Below, piece after piece: positions 10,438-20,957 of a DNA stretch of 64,000 nucleotides (position 1 is its first letter; the number at the start of each line of letters is the position of its first letter). The notes under the pieces were generated by a model, which was not told the DNA's origin, ran no database searches, and saw nothing but the letters and a program-made list of their open reading frames with translations. A program made the position numbers and the translations under genes. Source of the DNA: Candidatus Latescibacterota bacterium (GTDB taxonomy: Bacteria; Latescibacterota; UBA2968); the NCBI GenBank assembly GCA_965198115.1, contig OZ240241.1, positions 4,768,001-4,832,000 on the forward strand, read 5' to 3'.

Positions 10438-11211
10438 ATGGCTAAATTGCTGGAAGGGAAAGTGGCGCTCGTCACCGGAGCCGCATCCGGAATCGGGCGG
10501 ACATCCGCCGTGACCCTCGCAAAGAAGGGCGCCAGAGTCGTCGTGACCGATGTCGACGCAGAGGGTGGCGAAGCGACCACACATCAGATCTGCGAAGCAG
10601 GTGGGGATGCGATTTTCCAGACGCTCGACGTGTCCGACGCCGACCAGGTATCAGCCGTCGTTCGTCGAGCGGTAGATCACTATGGCCGCCTTGACTGCGC
10701 GCACAACAATGCGGGAACGGAAGGGACGGTCGAGGACGCGCGCGGAACCCTGGAGACGACCGAGGCGGAATGGGACCGTCTCATGGCTATCAACCTGAAA
10801 GGCATCTGGCTGTGCATGCGCGCCGAGATACCCGCCATGCTCGAAGTTGACGCGGGCGCGATCGTCAACTCCGCCTCCATCTCCAGCCTGGTCGGTTCAA
10901 CGAGCGGATTCGTCGCCTACTCCGCGAGCAAAGCTGGGATCCTCGGCCTCACGCGATCCGCTGCCCTGGAATTCGCGACACGAAACATTCGTATCAACGC
11001 CATCTGCCCCGGCTATATCGCTACGCCACTCTGGCAAAAATACTTCGACGCCGATCAGACCGTCGCTGACCGTGTCACCAAGCTCCAGCCCATCGGCCGA
11101 ATGGGAACCCCCGAGGAAGTCGCCCAGGCGGTAGCCTGGCTCCTCTCCGACGCCGCCACCCTCGTCACCGGCATCGCCCTCCCCCTCGACGGCGGCTTCA
11201 CCGCCCAGTAA
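10438..11211 (+). CDS. short-chain dehydrogenase/reductase
   Basis: TGAASGIG, NNAG, YSASK. Confidence 0.95.
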   Translation: MAKLLEGKVALVTGAASGIGRTSAVTLAKKGARVVVTDVDAEGGEATTHQICEAGGDAIFQTLDVSDADQVSAVVRRAVDHYGRLDCAHNNAGTEGTVEDARGTLETTEAEWDRLMAINLKGIWLCMRAEIPAMLEVDAGAIVNSASISSLVGSTSGFVAYSASKAGILGLTRSAALEFATRNIRINAICPGYIATPLWQKYFDADQTVADRVTKLQPIGRMGTPEEVAQAVAWLLSDAATLVTGIALPLDGGFTAQ

Positions 11212-11247
11212 CCGCCTCAACTTCGGTCACTTGTCACTGGTCAGTTG

Positions 11248-12770
11248 TCACTGCTGCCTACTGGCCGTCCATCCATAGCTGCCGTATTCCATCCGATTCA
11301 ACGGCCCAGGCGCACTCTGCCCCTCGCTCCCCACCTCCACGGTTCCCGACATCTCGTCAGGCTTCACGTCCCCCTCGAACGTGTAAACGAGATGCGTCCC
11401 CTCGTAGCGATGCTCTGTCACGAGTCGCACTCGCTCACCGTTCACCTCACCCCGAATCGCGTTTTCAAGAAACACTGTCCGGTGTGTCCCACCGATTTCA
11501 GATCCGTTCTGCTCGAGCACCATCGTGTGATCAGCGTCGGCGACGGGGTAGGAAATCGTCACATTCCATTCCCCGCAAACATTCGCGACATCCGGTCCCC
11601 CTCTCCCACTCTCCCCCTCACCCGCTCGGTTCTGGCTTCCCCCAGCCCCCCTGCTGCCTTCAAGGACTTCCCGAATCCGTCCACCCACAATCTCCGCCTC
11701 GCCCTCCTGCAGGGAAAACGGCAGAATGAACACGCTCCCGTCAGTCGAGAATCGGTCATCCAGCATGATACGTGGTTCCGTATCCAGCAGGGTTTGCCGA
11801 AGATCCAACCCGTGGATCGGCATCGTTGAGGGGTCCCATCGGATCTCCAACCGGGGCGTGGGCGATTTCTCCGATTTCGGCGCGAGCAACTCCGTCGCAA
11901 CACCATCCGCCTGTGTCACGATCGTAGCGATCGTTCGCAAATCCGTCTCCCACCGGGCGGCTTCCACACCGCCATCGCGTCCGCCCGCCCAATATTCGAG
12001 GGCCGCCAGGAGTCCCATGATCTCCTCTTTCCCCACCTTCATCATCCGACCGAACGTGTGGTGGGGCGCCGCATTGGTCCAGGCAGCCCGTAGCCACGAC
12101 TCCGACCCGAGCAGCAGCCCGGTCGGCTGCGGCCCTCTCAAATACTTTCCGCCGCTATAGGCGACCATCGTCGCTCCTGCTTCGAGATAGGGATTCGGCC
12201 GCTTCAGGTGTTCCGAAGCCGCATCGACCAGGATCGGAATCCCACGGGAAGCCGCCAGGTCCGCAACATCGTCGACCGACAGCCTCCCCGCTGCCTCGTC
12301 CGATCCGAGCAGCGCCACCATCGCTGCGCGCTCGTCCGACAGCGCTATCTCCATCTCTTCGCGAGTGCCCACCTCGACGATCGTCACGCCGACCGATCGA
12401 ATCGCCTGGTCGTAGGTGAACCGCCCCGTCTTCAGCATCACCACACGATCCTTCAACCCATCCAGCTGAGGTAGCCGGAGAATCTTTTCGGGGTCGCCAC
12501 CCGTTACCGCCGTTGCGGCGGCAACACAGAGCGCGCCCGCACCCCCGACGTGACGATCGCAGCCTCTGCGCCCGTCAGCTCGGCCAAACGCGCGCCCACG
12601 CCATCCATCAGCTCATCCACATTCACAAAACGCTTCGACGCCTCGGCCATCGCTTCCCGGACACACGGCCACATCAGCGTACCGCTGTGGATCGTTCGGG
12701 TTCCGCAACAGTTGATGAACGGCCTCACGCCGATCCGACGATATTCGTCACCTTCAGTCACGCTATGCAT
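11248..12770 (-). pseudogene. SelA-like PLP enzyme (DgaE / D-glucosaminate-6-P ammonia-lyase-like) with C-terminal extra domain; frameshift in a C5/G5 run near 12542-12546
   Basis: IGVRPFINCCGTRT...AAIVTSG|GAGAL...YSGGKYLRGPQPTG...GRMMKVGKEE; a single-base indel joins the two ORFs and may be a sequencing error. Confidence 0.75.
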
Positions 12771-13005
12771 CCTCCCACGAATGTGGCCAACGACTCACAA
12801 TGTTCGGCACAATTCAGGTTTCTACTGCAAAGAACCGTTTTGAACGCCGTGTGTGTACGCAAATCTGCCTTACTTCGCAAAAAAGGGTCCTATATCCACA
12901 AACCGATTGACGGCGACCCGCGTCGAAGCCAATTTCGGGATCTCTCACAGGTCCGCACCACGTTTTTCTGGATCTCCGGTTCCCGGTTCTTCGATAGAGG
13001 GCTAC

Positions 13006-13968
13006 GTGCAATACACAACGCTTGGTAGCACCGATTTACGGGTCAGCGTAGCCGGTCTCGGATCCGGCGGATTCAGCAGGATCGGCCAGGGAACCGGGAA
13101 GAGCGAAGCGGAATCGGTGTCGATCGTCCATCAGGCACTGGACTTCGGCGTCAACCTCATCGACACAGCCGCGGCCTACGGAACCGAATCCATCATCGGA
13201 AAGGCCATCTCCAGTCGGAATCGAGACGAAATCGTCCTCTCGACCAAGGCGAACGTCGGAAGGGGCGGAGATCTGGAATCTGCCCATTCCCTCGTAGGTA
13301 GCCTGGACCGATCTCTCACCAACCTCGGTGTGGACTGCATCGACGTATTTCACCTCCACGGCGTCGCACCCGATGCCTACACACACGCGATCGAAAACCT
13401 GGTACCCGCGGCCCTGCGAGAGAAGGAGAAAGGGAAATTCAGGTTTCTGGGCGTCACAGAAGTCCCACCTTTGGATGCCCGACACGAGTCTCTCACCCAG
13501 GCCGTGCAAACGGACTGTTTCGATGTCATCATGATCGCCTACCACATGCTGCACCAATCCGCGAGGAAAATCTTCGCCCGAACGATCGAAAAAGACATCG
13601 GTGTACTCAACATGTTCGCCGTCCGTGTGCTGTTCAGCGAAGACGGTCGACTGAGACGTGTCGTCGATGGCCTCGTGCGCGACGGGCTACTGCCGTCGGA
13701 TCTCGCCGGGGAGTCGAACCCCCTTGGTTTTCTGCTTCACGATGCAGGCGCCCGGACCGTGATCGACGCCGCGTATCGTTTTTGCAGACACACGAACGGC
13801 TCGGATGTCATCCTGTTCGGAACAGGAAACCCCGAGCATCTGAAAGAGAACATCGATTCCATCCTCAGTCCTCCCTTGCCGGAAGCCGACCTGGAAAAAC
13901 TCGAAACGCTCTTCGGCGCCCTTGTTGACGTGGGTCTGGATGCCCCCGGTAGCGTAAAGCCCGTCTGA
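13006..13968 (+). CDS. aldo/keto reductase
   Basis: TLGSTDLRVSVAGLG, IDTAAAYGTE, LSTK, DVFHLH. Confidence 0.9.
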   Translation: MQYTTLGSTDLRVSVAGLGSGGFSRIGQGTGKSEAESVSIVHQALDFGVNLIDTAAAYGTESIIGKAISSRNRDEIVLSTKANVGRGGDLESAHSLVGSLDRSLTNLGVDCIDVFHLHGVAPDAYTHAIENLVPAALREKEKGKFRFLGVTEVPPLDARHESLTQAVQTDCFDVIMIAYHMLHQSARKIFARTIEKDIGVLNMFAVRVLFSEDGRLRRVVDGLVRDGLLPSDLAGESNPLGFLLHDAGARTVIDAAYRFCRHTNGSDVILFGTGNPEHLKENIDSILSPPLPEADLEKLETLFGALVDVGLDAPGSVKPV

Positions 13969-14159
13969 TCCCCATCGTCACAACAGCGTTCGACATTCGA
14001 AGTTCGATATTCGGTGTTCGACATTCGTTTCACAGGATCGTGTCTCCGATATCTACATAACCTCGCCACTCAATGGGATTTCCGCAGAGGTTCTCGTGAT
14101 CAGAGCTTGCCGAAATCTGATTGACGTCCCCGCATGGAAGTAGCACATTGAAACGTCCG

Positions 14160-14189
14160 CCCCCTCGGAGAAGTCCCCGGGGGTTTTTT
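14160..14189 (+). terminator. putative terminator upstream of mddA
   Basis: CCCCTCGG...CCGGGGG followed by TTTTTT. Confidence 0.5.
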
Positions 14190-14234
14190 GTTTGGTTGAT
14201 TGCAGTGACCACTTATCACACTGGAGGCGATTCA

Positions 14235-15634
14235 ATGGGCAGAGTCATGACCTCCGGCAAAGCCGGAGGCTTGAAAACTTGTGAACCGCTCAAAGCGGTT
14301 GGAAACCAAGCGCCACCTAAAGGTGGCGATTACCTGAAAATGTTGAGCTGGTCGAGACGCCGGTCCTCCCGCTCCTGGTTCTGGATATACTCCCGAACCG
14401 TCTGTTCATCCTTGCCAACGGTGGAGACCCAGTAGCCTCTTGCCCAGAAATGCTGCCCGGTGAAGTTCGACCTGCGTCCCAGATAGTTCCGAGCAATGTG
14501 AATCGCACTCTTTCCTTTGATGAACCCTACCGTCTGAGCTACTGAGTGCTTCGGCGGGATCGAAATCAACGTGTGCACATGGTCGGATCGCAGGTGACCC
14601 TCTTCCACACGGCATTCCTTCTGTGCGGCCAGATCCCGAATCACCTCCCAGATAGCGACGAATTTCACCATACAACACTTTTCTACGATACTTCCGAACC
14701 CAAACAACGTCATACTTGCACTCCCATACCGTGTGACGTAGACTCCTTACGTTGTTCATTAGAGAGCCTTCCTTCCGTGTGCTTTGAGCGGTCCACGGCA
14801 AGGGAGGCTCTTACATATTTCTGGAACTGTCAAACTCTGGGAGTCTCCCCGGCAGAGCCGGGGGCTTACCAAGGTTTAGTTATCGCACTTCTGTACGACG
14901 CGGCTTCCTACCTCATCTTCTTCGTCACCTTCCTCTATGCAATCGGCTTCGTGGGCAATGTGTTCGTCCCGCGGTCGATCGACGTACAGCCCCGCGAACC
15001 GGGTGCATTCGTTCAGTCCGTTCTCATTAACGCCGCACTCCTCCTCCTTTTCGCCGTGCAGCACACGATCATGGCCCGACCGGCCTTCAAGCAGTGGTGG
15101 ACACGAATCATTCCACGGTCGGTCGAGCGCAGCACCTTCGTCCTCCTGGCCAGCCTGATTCTCATCCTCCTGTTCTGGCAATGGCGCCCGCTAACCGGGC
15201 AGATCTGGAGTGTCGAACACGCGGGCAGTCGGCTCGCTTTGACTGCCCTCTTCTGGATCGGATGGCTCACCGTACTTCTGTCGACCTTCATGATCGGACA
15301 CTTCGATCTCTTCCGACTGAACCAGGTCTACAAAAATCTTCGCCAGGAAGAGATCCCGAAGCCCGAATTCAAAACACCGGGGCTCTACAAGCTCATCCGT
15401 CATCCGATCATGCTTGGATTCATCATCGCGTTTTGGGCGACGCCGGACATGACCGTCGGTCACCTGATCTTTTCTGTCGCAACGACCGGCTACATCCTGA
15501 TCGGGATCTGGTTCGAGGAAAAGGACCTCATCGATTTCTTCGGTGACACTTACCGTCAATACAAGCGCGACACCGGCATGCTCATCCCGCTCCCCAAAGG
15601 TGGCAAAGCCGAGGAGCCTGCCCCTGACGCATGA
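14235..15634 (+). pseudogene. mddA: methanethiol S-methyltransferase, interrupted after codon 3 by IS200
   Basis: GGAGG RBS, then ATG GGC AGA | IS | GTT ATC...; rejoined MGRVIALLY..SYLIFFVTFLYAIGFVGN..FAVQHTIMARPAFK..ERSTFVL..IRHPIMLGF..FEEKDL. Confidence 0.8.
14244..14878 (-). mobile_element. tnpA: IS200/IS605 family element (tnpA only), allele with 2-bp deletion
   Basis: HUH motif DHVH, FWARGYWVSTVG; subterminal hairpins; TAAC target at left end; no TSD. Confidence 0.92.
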
Positions 15635-15826
15635 TCGATGCGCTTCTCCGCGTCGGTTTCCGCCCCGGGCCCCACGCGCCCGGGGCTTTCTCTCATAGCC
15701 CGCACAAACACCACCTCTGACTGCCCGAAAACGTCCTGTTGCGCGAGCCGGGGATTGCCAACACCTTACTCGACGTCGCGATCGAACTCCTTCTACCCCA
15801 GTTCCACGCAACCCCGGGAGGTCACC

Positions 15827-18328
15827 GTGGAAGGCTACGAACCGCTCGACCTGACATCTCTCACCAACGCCGATTTGAACGTCCTCGAGGAAGGCCCATC
15901 TGCCCCCACGGGCGAGCAACAGTTTCACGGTCTCCCGTTTCTCGTCGGAGCCTCGAGTGGCAATGGATCCTGTTTCATCGCCGCTGGAGGCGACCGTGGC
16001 ACCAAGGCCTTCGACATCCCGGTCGGCAGAGCCGCGCACCACGTGATCGTCGCCCATCGCCTTCTGAATTCTGAGATCCTCGAAAGCGGACCGATCGGCA
16101 ACGCCGTCGCCGACTACGTCTTCCATCTCAAAGGCCAGGATTCGATCAGCGTACCCATCCGGGAGCGCTTCGAAATCGCCACCGTCCCGCACGCAGGAGG
16201 AGCCCCCTTCGACGCGTTTCCCGACCAGAAAGACGGGCTTCAAGCGCGATACGAGGGCCGGTGGGAGGAAGCTGGTCGTCGTCAGATGGAAGCGTCCAGA
16301 GGCACGTCCAGAGGGTATGTCCTGTGGGATTGGGAAAATCCGAATCCGGATGCGGAAATCGATAAGATCGAAGTCATCCCTGCGGGGCCCGGGTTCATCA
16401 TCGCGGCCGTCACGCTCGGAACTTTGGATGAACGCCCTTTCTCCGTCAATGCGCCAGACGAAGTCATCATCACCCTACCCAAATCGGAGGATGCCGACGC
16501 CCCCTTCGACCTCGAGGTCGAAGTCGACCGCGGAATCGCCACCTACCCCTATCCCCTTCCCAGAACATCGAGCGATGATTTCATCGACGGGTCCGACAAG
16601 GGCTGGGGCCAGAAGCGGAACGACCACAACAGTCCCGCCTACGTCGAGGTCGCCGCGACACCCTCGGCTACCGTCAAGGTCAAGACCTCCGACGACGTGC
16701 TCGGCGAAGTGAAGTGGAAAGAACTGACGGAAAAGGGCGAAGTCGACGCCTCCTCGCGTCTCAACGTGCGCCTCGTCAGCGGCGGGAGAAACTGGGTCCA
16801 TACCAAGGTCATCGACGACGCCACGGGCAAGCCCGTTCCCTGTCGCGTCCACTTCCGCTCGCCCGATGGCATTCCCTACGCTCCGCACGGCCACCACGCC
16901 CACGTCAATTCCGACATGGGGACCTGGCACATCGACGTCGGCGGCGATGTCCGTCTCGGTCAGGCCTCCTACGCCTACATCGACGGGACGTGCCAGGGTT
17001 GGCTCCCCCGTGGTGAGGTCATCGTCGACGTCGCACGCGGCTACGAGTACGAACCGATTCGCCAGAAGGTCTCCATCCAATCGGGCCAGCGCGAACTCGA
17101 GCTCCGCATCAAGCGATGGTATCACGCGAACGAAAGCCGGTGGTTCAGCGGCGACTCACACGTTCACTTCCTCTCAACGCAGGGAAGCCACACGGAGGCG
17201 CAGGGAGAAGACCTGAATGTCGTCAACTTGCTCCCCTCGCAATGGGGCAGTCTCTTCACCAACTCCGAGGAATTCACCGGACGCGAGAGTGTCTCTCCAG
17301 ACGGCAACAGCATCGTCTACGTTGGATCCGAAAACCGACAGCACTTCCTCGGTCATCTGATCCTGCTGGGCTTGAAAGAAACCGTCATGCCCTGGTGTAG
17401 CGACGGCCCCGGGGAGGCTGAGCTGGGCGGCACACTCGAAGTGACCATGTCCGACTGGGCCGACCGGACACACGCGCAGGGTGGGACCGTCATCATCCCC
17501 CATCTCCCGAACCCCAACGGTGAGCCCGCCGCCCTCATCGCCACGGGTCGCGCCGACGCCGTCGAGATGCTCCGTCACGGGATGTACAACCATCTCGAGT
17601 ACTATCGATACCTCAACGGGGGTTACAAACTTCCACTCGTCGGTGGCACGGATAAAATGAGCAGCGACGTCCCCGTCGGCATCTATCGCACCTACGTCTA
17701 CATTCCACCCGACGAGCCGTTCACCTACGAGTCGTGGTGTCGCAATCTCACCGCTGGCCGCACTTACCACAGCGGGGGACCGATTCTCGACTTCACCGTC
17801 GACGGCCATCGCATCGGCGATACGGTCAACCTGCCCGGCAACGGTGGCACCGTCGAAGTCAGCGCGACCGCCGAATCGATTCTGCCGATTCACTCGCTCG
17901 AAGTCGTTCAGGAGGGCCGTGTCGTCGCCTCCGCCGAGGACAACAACGGCACAAGGAAGCTCTCGCTCAGCGCGAAGGTGGATGTTTCGGGGCATTCGTG
18001 GCTGGCGATCCGCTGCGGCGGGCCCGGTTACACCACATCGATTCCCCACCACGACGGCTGGGGCCGCGGTCTGATGGCCCACACGTCGCCAGTCTACATC
18101 GCCTGTGGCGAGGAGTGGTGGATGTTCAACCAGGACACCGCCCAGTACATGCTCACCATGATGGACGGCTGTATCACCTACATCGAAAACACCTCGCGGC
18201 AGCATCGTTCGGAGGACATCACCCATCATCACGGCGAAGACGACCACCAGGCCTATCTCGAGCGCCCCTTCGTCGAAGCACGCGAGGCGATCCATAAGCA
18301 AATGCATCAGCTGGGGATTCAGCACTAG
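15827..18328 (+). CDS. CehA/McbA-like PHP-fold metallohydrolase
   Basis: FSGDSHVH, GHLILLG, GGTDKM, AHTSPVY; GGAGG RBS before GTG 15827. Confidence 0.8.
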   Translation: MEGYEPLDLTSLTNADLNVLEEGPSAPTGEQQFHGLPFLVGASSGNGSCFIAAGGDRGTKAFDIPVGRAAHHVIVAHRLLNSEILESGPIGNAVADYVFHLKGQDSISVPIRERFEIATVPHAGGAPFDAFPDQKDGLQARYEGRWEEAGRRQMEASRGTSRGYVLWDWENPNPDAEIDKIEVIPAGPGFIIAAVTLGTLDERPFSVNAPDEVIITLPKSEDADAPFDLEVEVDRGIATYPYPLPRTSSDDFIDGSDKGWGQKRNDHNSPAYVEVAATPSATVKVKTSDDVLGEVKWKELTEKGEVDASSRLNVRLVSGGRNWVHTKVIDDATGKPVPCRVHFRSPDGIPYAPHGHHAHVNSDMGTWHIDVGGDVRLGQASYAYIDGTCQGWLPRGEVIVDVARGYEYEPIRQKVSIQSGQRELELRIKRWYHANESRWFSGDSHVHFLSTQGSHTEAQGEDLNVVNLLPSQWGSLFTNSEEFTGRESVSPDGNSIVYVGSENRQHFLGHLILLGLKETVMPWCSDGPGEAELGGTLEVTMSDWADRTHAQGGTVIIPHLPNPNGEPAALIATGRADAVEMLRHGMYNHLEYYRYLNGGYKLPLVGGTDKMSSDVPVGIYRTYVYIPPDEPFTYESWCRNLTAGRTYHSGGPILDFTVDGHRIGDTVNLPGNGGTVEVSATAESILPIHSLEVVQEGRVVASAEDNNGTRKLSLSAKVDVSGHSWLAIRCGGPGYTTSIPHHDGWGRGLMAHTSPVYIACGEEWWMFNQDTAQYMLTMMDGCITYIENTSRQHRSEDITHHHGEDDHQAYLERPFVEAREAIHKQMHQLGIQH

Positions 18329-18484
18329 AGAGGCACCACGAAGACGCCCCCCTCCACCGACACCCCGAGCGGGAGCATGGTGGAGGAAGAGTCCAAGCGC
18401 ATGACAGTTCGTGAACGTTTTCGAAAACCAAACTGGCGTGCTGTCATCCCGGCGTGCTTGAGGCCGGGATCCCTTCTTGCTCTA

Positions 18485-19645
18485 GTGTCGTGTCCCGCGA
18501 ATAAGTTTTAGAAGTCTGTTGAGTTTGTCGAGGATCGAGTCAGCGGTTGCCGTCCACACGAAAGGCTTTGAGTTCTGATTGTATTGGTCTGTGAACTTCT
18601 GGATGCAGGTGATCAGATCCTTGACGTTCCGAAAGGTTCCTCGTCGGATTGCTCTTTGTGTGATGATGCCGAACCAGATCTCTACCTGGTTTAGCCAGGA
18701 GGCATACGTTGGTGTGTAGTGCACGTGGTATCTTTTACGTGAGGTGAGCCAACGTTTGACGTTCTGGTGCTTGTGAGTGCCGTAGTTATCGACGACCAGA
18801 TGGATGTCGAGATCCTTCGGGACGTTTTTGTCAATGTGCTTGAGGAACTGAAGGAACTCTCTGTTGCGATGTCTGGGCTTGCACTGAGTCAGGACTTTTC
18901 CTGATGCGATGTTGAGCGCCGCAAAGAGGGTAGTCGTGCCGTGTATAGCTGTGAGTGACGCCCTCGACATACCCGAGGCCCAAAGGGAGAATCGGTTGCG
19001 TCCGTTCGAGTGCTTGAATCTGGCTCTTCTCGTCTATGCAGAGCACCATTGCGTTGTCCGGCGGGTTCAGGTATAAACCGACGATATCCCTGACTGTCTC
19101 GACGAAGAAGGGATCGTTCGACAGCTTGAAGTGCTTCTGACGATGCGGCTGCAGTCCAACGGCTCTCCATACACGTTGCACTGTGGACTTTGAGAGGCCC
19201 GTCTCATCGGCCATCGCTCGACAGGTCCAGTGGGTGGCACTCTTCGGCTTCTTCTTGAGCGTCTTGTAGATGAGTGAGGAGATCTCTTCGTCGCTAACGG
19301 ACCGCGGACCACCAGGACGTAACTCGTCATACAGTCCCATCAAGCCTTGCTCGCAGAAGCGACGGCGCCATTTGCCAACGGACGCTCCGGACAACCCGAC
19401 TCGTTCGGCGATCTCCTGATTGGTCAGACCACCATCGCTCAGCAGGACGATCTTCGCCCGACGCACCAGAGCGTGAGGCATGCTGCGCGAACCGGACAAC
19501 GACTGGAGTTGATCGCGGACTTCATCACTGATGTTCAGTGGTTGTAACGGACGACCTCTTGCCATCGGTTCCTCCTCACAATGAGTGCCTGAGGAACCTT
19601 ACGACTGTATCACGAATTTTTATAGTTATTCCTGAGACGAGACAC
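18485..19645 (-). mobile_element. IS630 family element A, copy 1 (transposase split: 18831-19565 and 18482-18970)
   Basis: TA duplication at both ends; GTGTC..GTC TIRs; CIDEKSQIQAL, VVDNYGTHK, WLNQVEIWF DDE motifs. Confidence 0.92.
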
Positions 19646-19959
19646 TAGAGGAGTCCAGCAGAATACTGTTCCGACAGCGAGCCTGCCACAGGCCCTGTCC
19701 GGGGAAAGGCCCATTCTGATTTTGCCGCTCATTGGTCGTCCTATGGGCGGCGAGAATAGATCCTCCCTCACGTTCGTTGGGACAGGCTCCCAAGAGGCGT
19801 ACCGGGATGACACGCCTCTCATAACGAGCTATCATCGTCGTGTCACACCGAGCGCACTGCGCAATACGATGAAACGGGCTTCCACGATGGTCCGATGAGC
19901 TACGTGGCCCGTCTACCGTCTTTCCTGACCTCTGACCCCCGACGTCCTGAAAACTGACC

Positions 19960-20820
19960 GTGAACATCACCCCCCTCTCCCCCATCCTCGGCGCGGAAGC
20001 CACTGACGTCGACGTCACCCAGATCAGCGAAGATGCCTTCGTCGAAATTCGTCGGGGCCTCTGCGATCACAATGGAGTGCTCGTCCTACGCGATCAGCAC
20101 GTCACTCCCGAGCAACACATCGATTTCAGTCGTCAGTTCGGAGAGCTCTTCGGTGAAACCGAACCCTATCAGGACACGGTCACGAAGTACCTCCTGCCAG
20201 GTTATCCACAGATCTTCCGTGCCTCCAACAAAGTCGTCGACGGGGAACCACAGGGCCGAACGCGAGCCGGCAACTACTGGCACTCCGACGTCTCTTTCCG
20301 GCCTCGCCCGGCGATGGTTTCCATTCTTCACGCCATTGAGATTCCTTCCATCGGCGGCGACACGCTCTTCTGCAACATGTACTCTGCGTACGAACGCCTC
20401 TCCAAGCCCGTGCGGGGGTTTCTAACCGACTTGACCGCGCGTCACGACTTTGCAAAGAACACAACCGTCGGATTCTCACACGAAAACATCGCACCCGACG
20501 ATCTCGACGGATTCAACGCGGCCGAACATCCGGTCGTGCGCACACATCCGGAATCCGGACGCAAATGTCTCTTCGTCAACCCGGGCAACACGTCGGCCAT
20601 CGTCGGACTGCATTCGCAAGAAAGCGAAACCCTTCTCGAATTTCTCTACGAACACAGCACACAGTCGGAATCGATCTACCGTCATCGATGGTCGGTCAAC
20701 GATCTCCTCATCTGGGACAACCGCTGCGTGATGCATTACGCCATTGCCGACTACGACGAAGATCGCTACATGCATCGCACGACCGTCATCGGCGAGCGCC
20801 CAGTGCCAGTGTCTTCCTGA
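19960..20820 (+). CDS. TauD/TfdA dioxygenase
   Basis: WHSDVSF, GGDTLF, HPVVRTHP, WDNRCVMHYA. Confidence 0.92.
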   Translation: MNITPLSPILGAEATDVDVTQISEDAFVEIRRGLCDHNGVLVLRDQHVTPEQHIDFSRQFGELFGETEPYQDTVTKYLLPGYPQIFRASNKVVDGEPQGRTRAGNYWHSDVSFRPRPAMVSILHAIEIPSIGGDTLFCNMYSAYERLSKPVRGFLTDLTARHDFAKNTTVGFSHENIAPDDLDGFNAAEHPVVRTHPESGRKCLFVNPGNTSAIVGLHSQESETLLEFLYEHSTQSESIYRHRWSVNDLLIWDNRCVMHYAIADYDEDRYMHRTTVIGERPVPVSS

Positions 20821-20957
20821 ACACTGCCTGCCTGAGCCGTGTCCTGGGTAAGCGACCGAAGGTCGCTCTACCGAAGGGCAGCCGTCGCCTCACCATCGGA
20901 GCTCTCGAGATCCACGCATCCTCTTAATCCAATCACAGCAGCACGGAGGACGGCCTT

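Noticed and set aside
11248-12770. SelA-like gene as the Sec synthase serving the nearby selenoprotein
   Set aside because: Motifs (GVRPFIN, GRMMKVGKEE) fit the DgaE-like SelA paralog family, not true SelA; no selB or selC seen in the window
14546-14878. N-terminal extension of the 362-aa ORF as part of MddA
   Set aside because: It is antisense IS200 sequence fused in frame by chance
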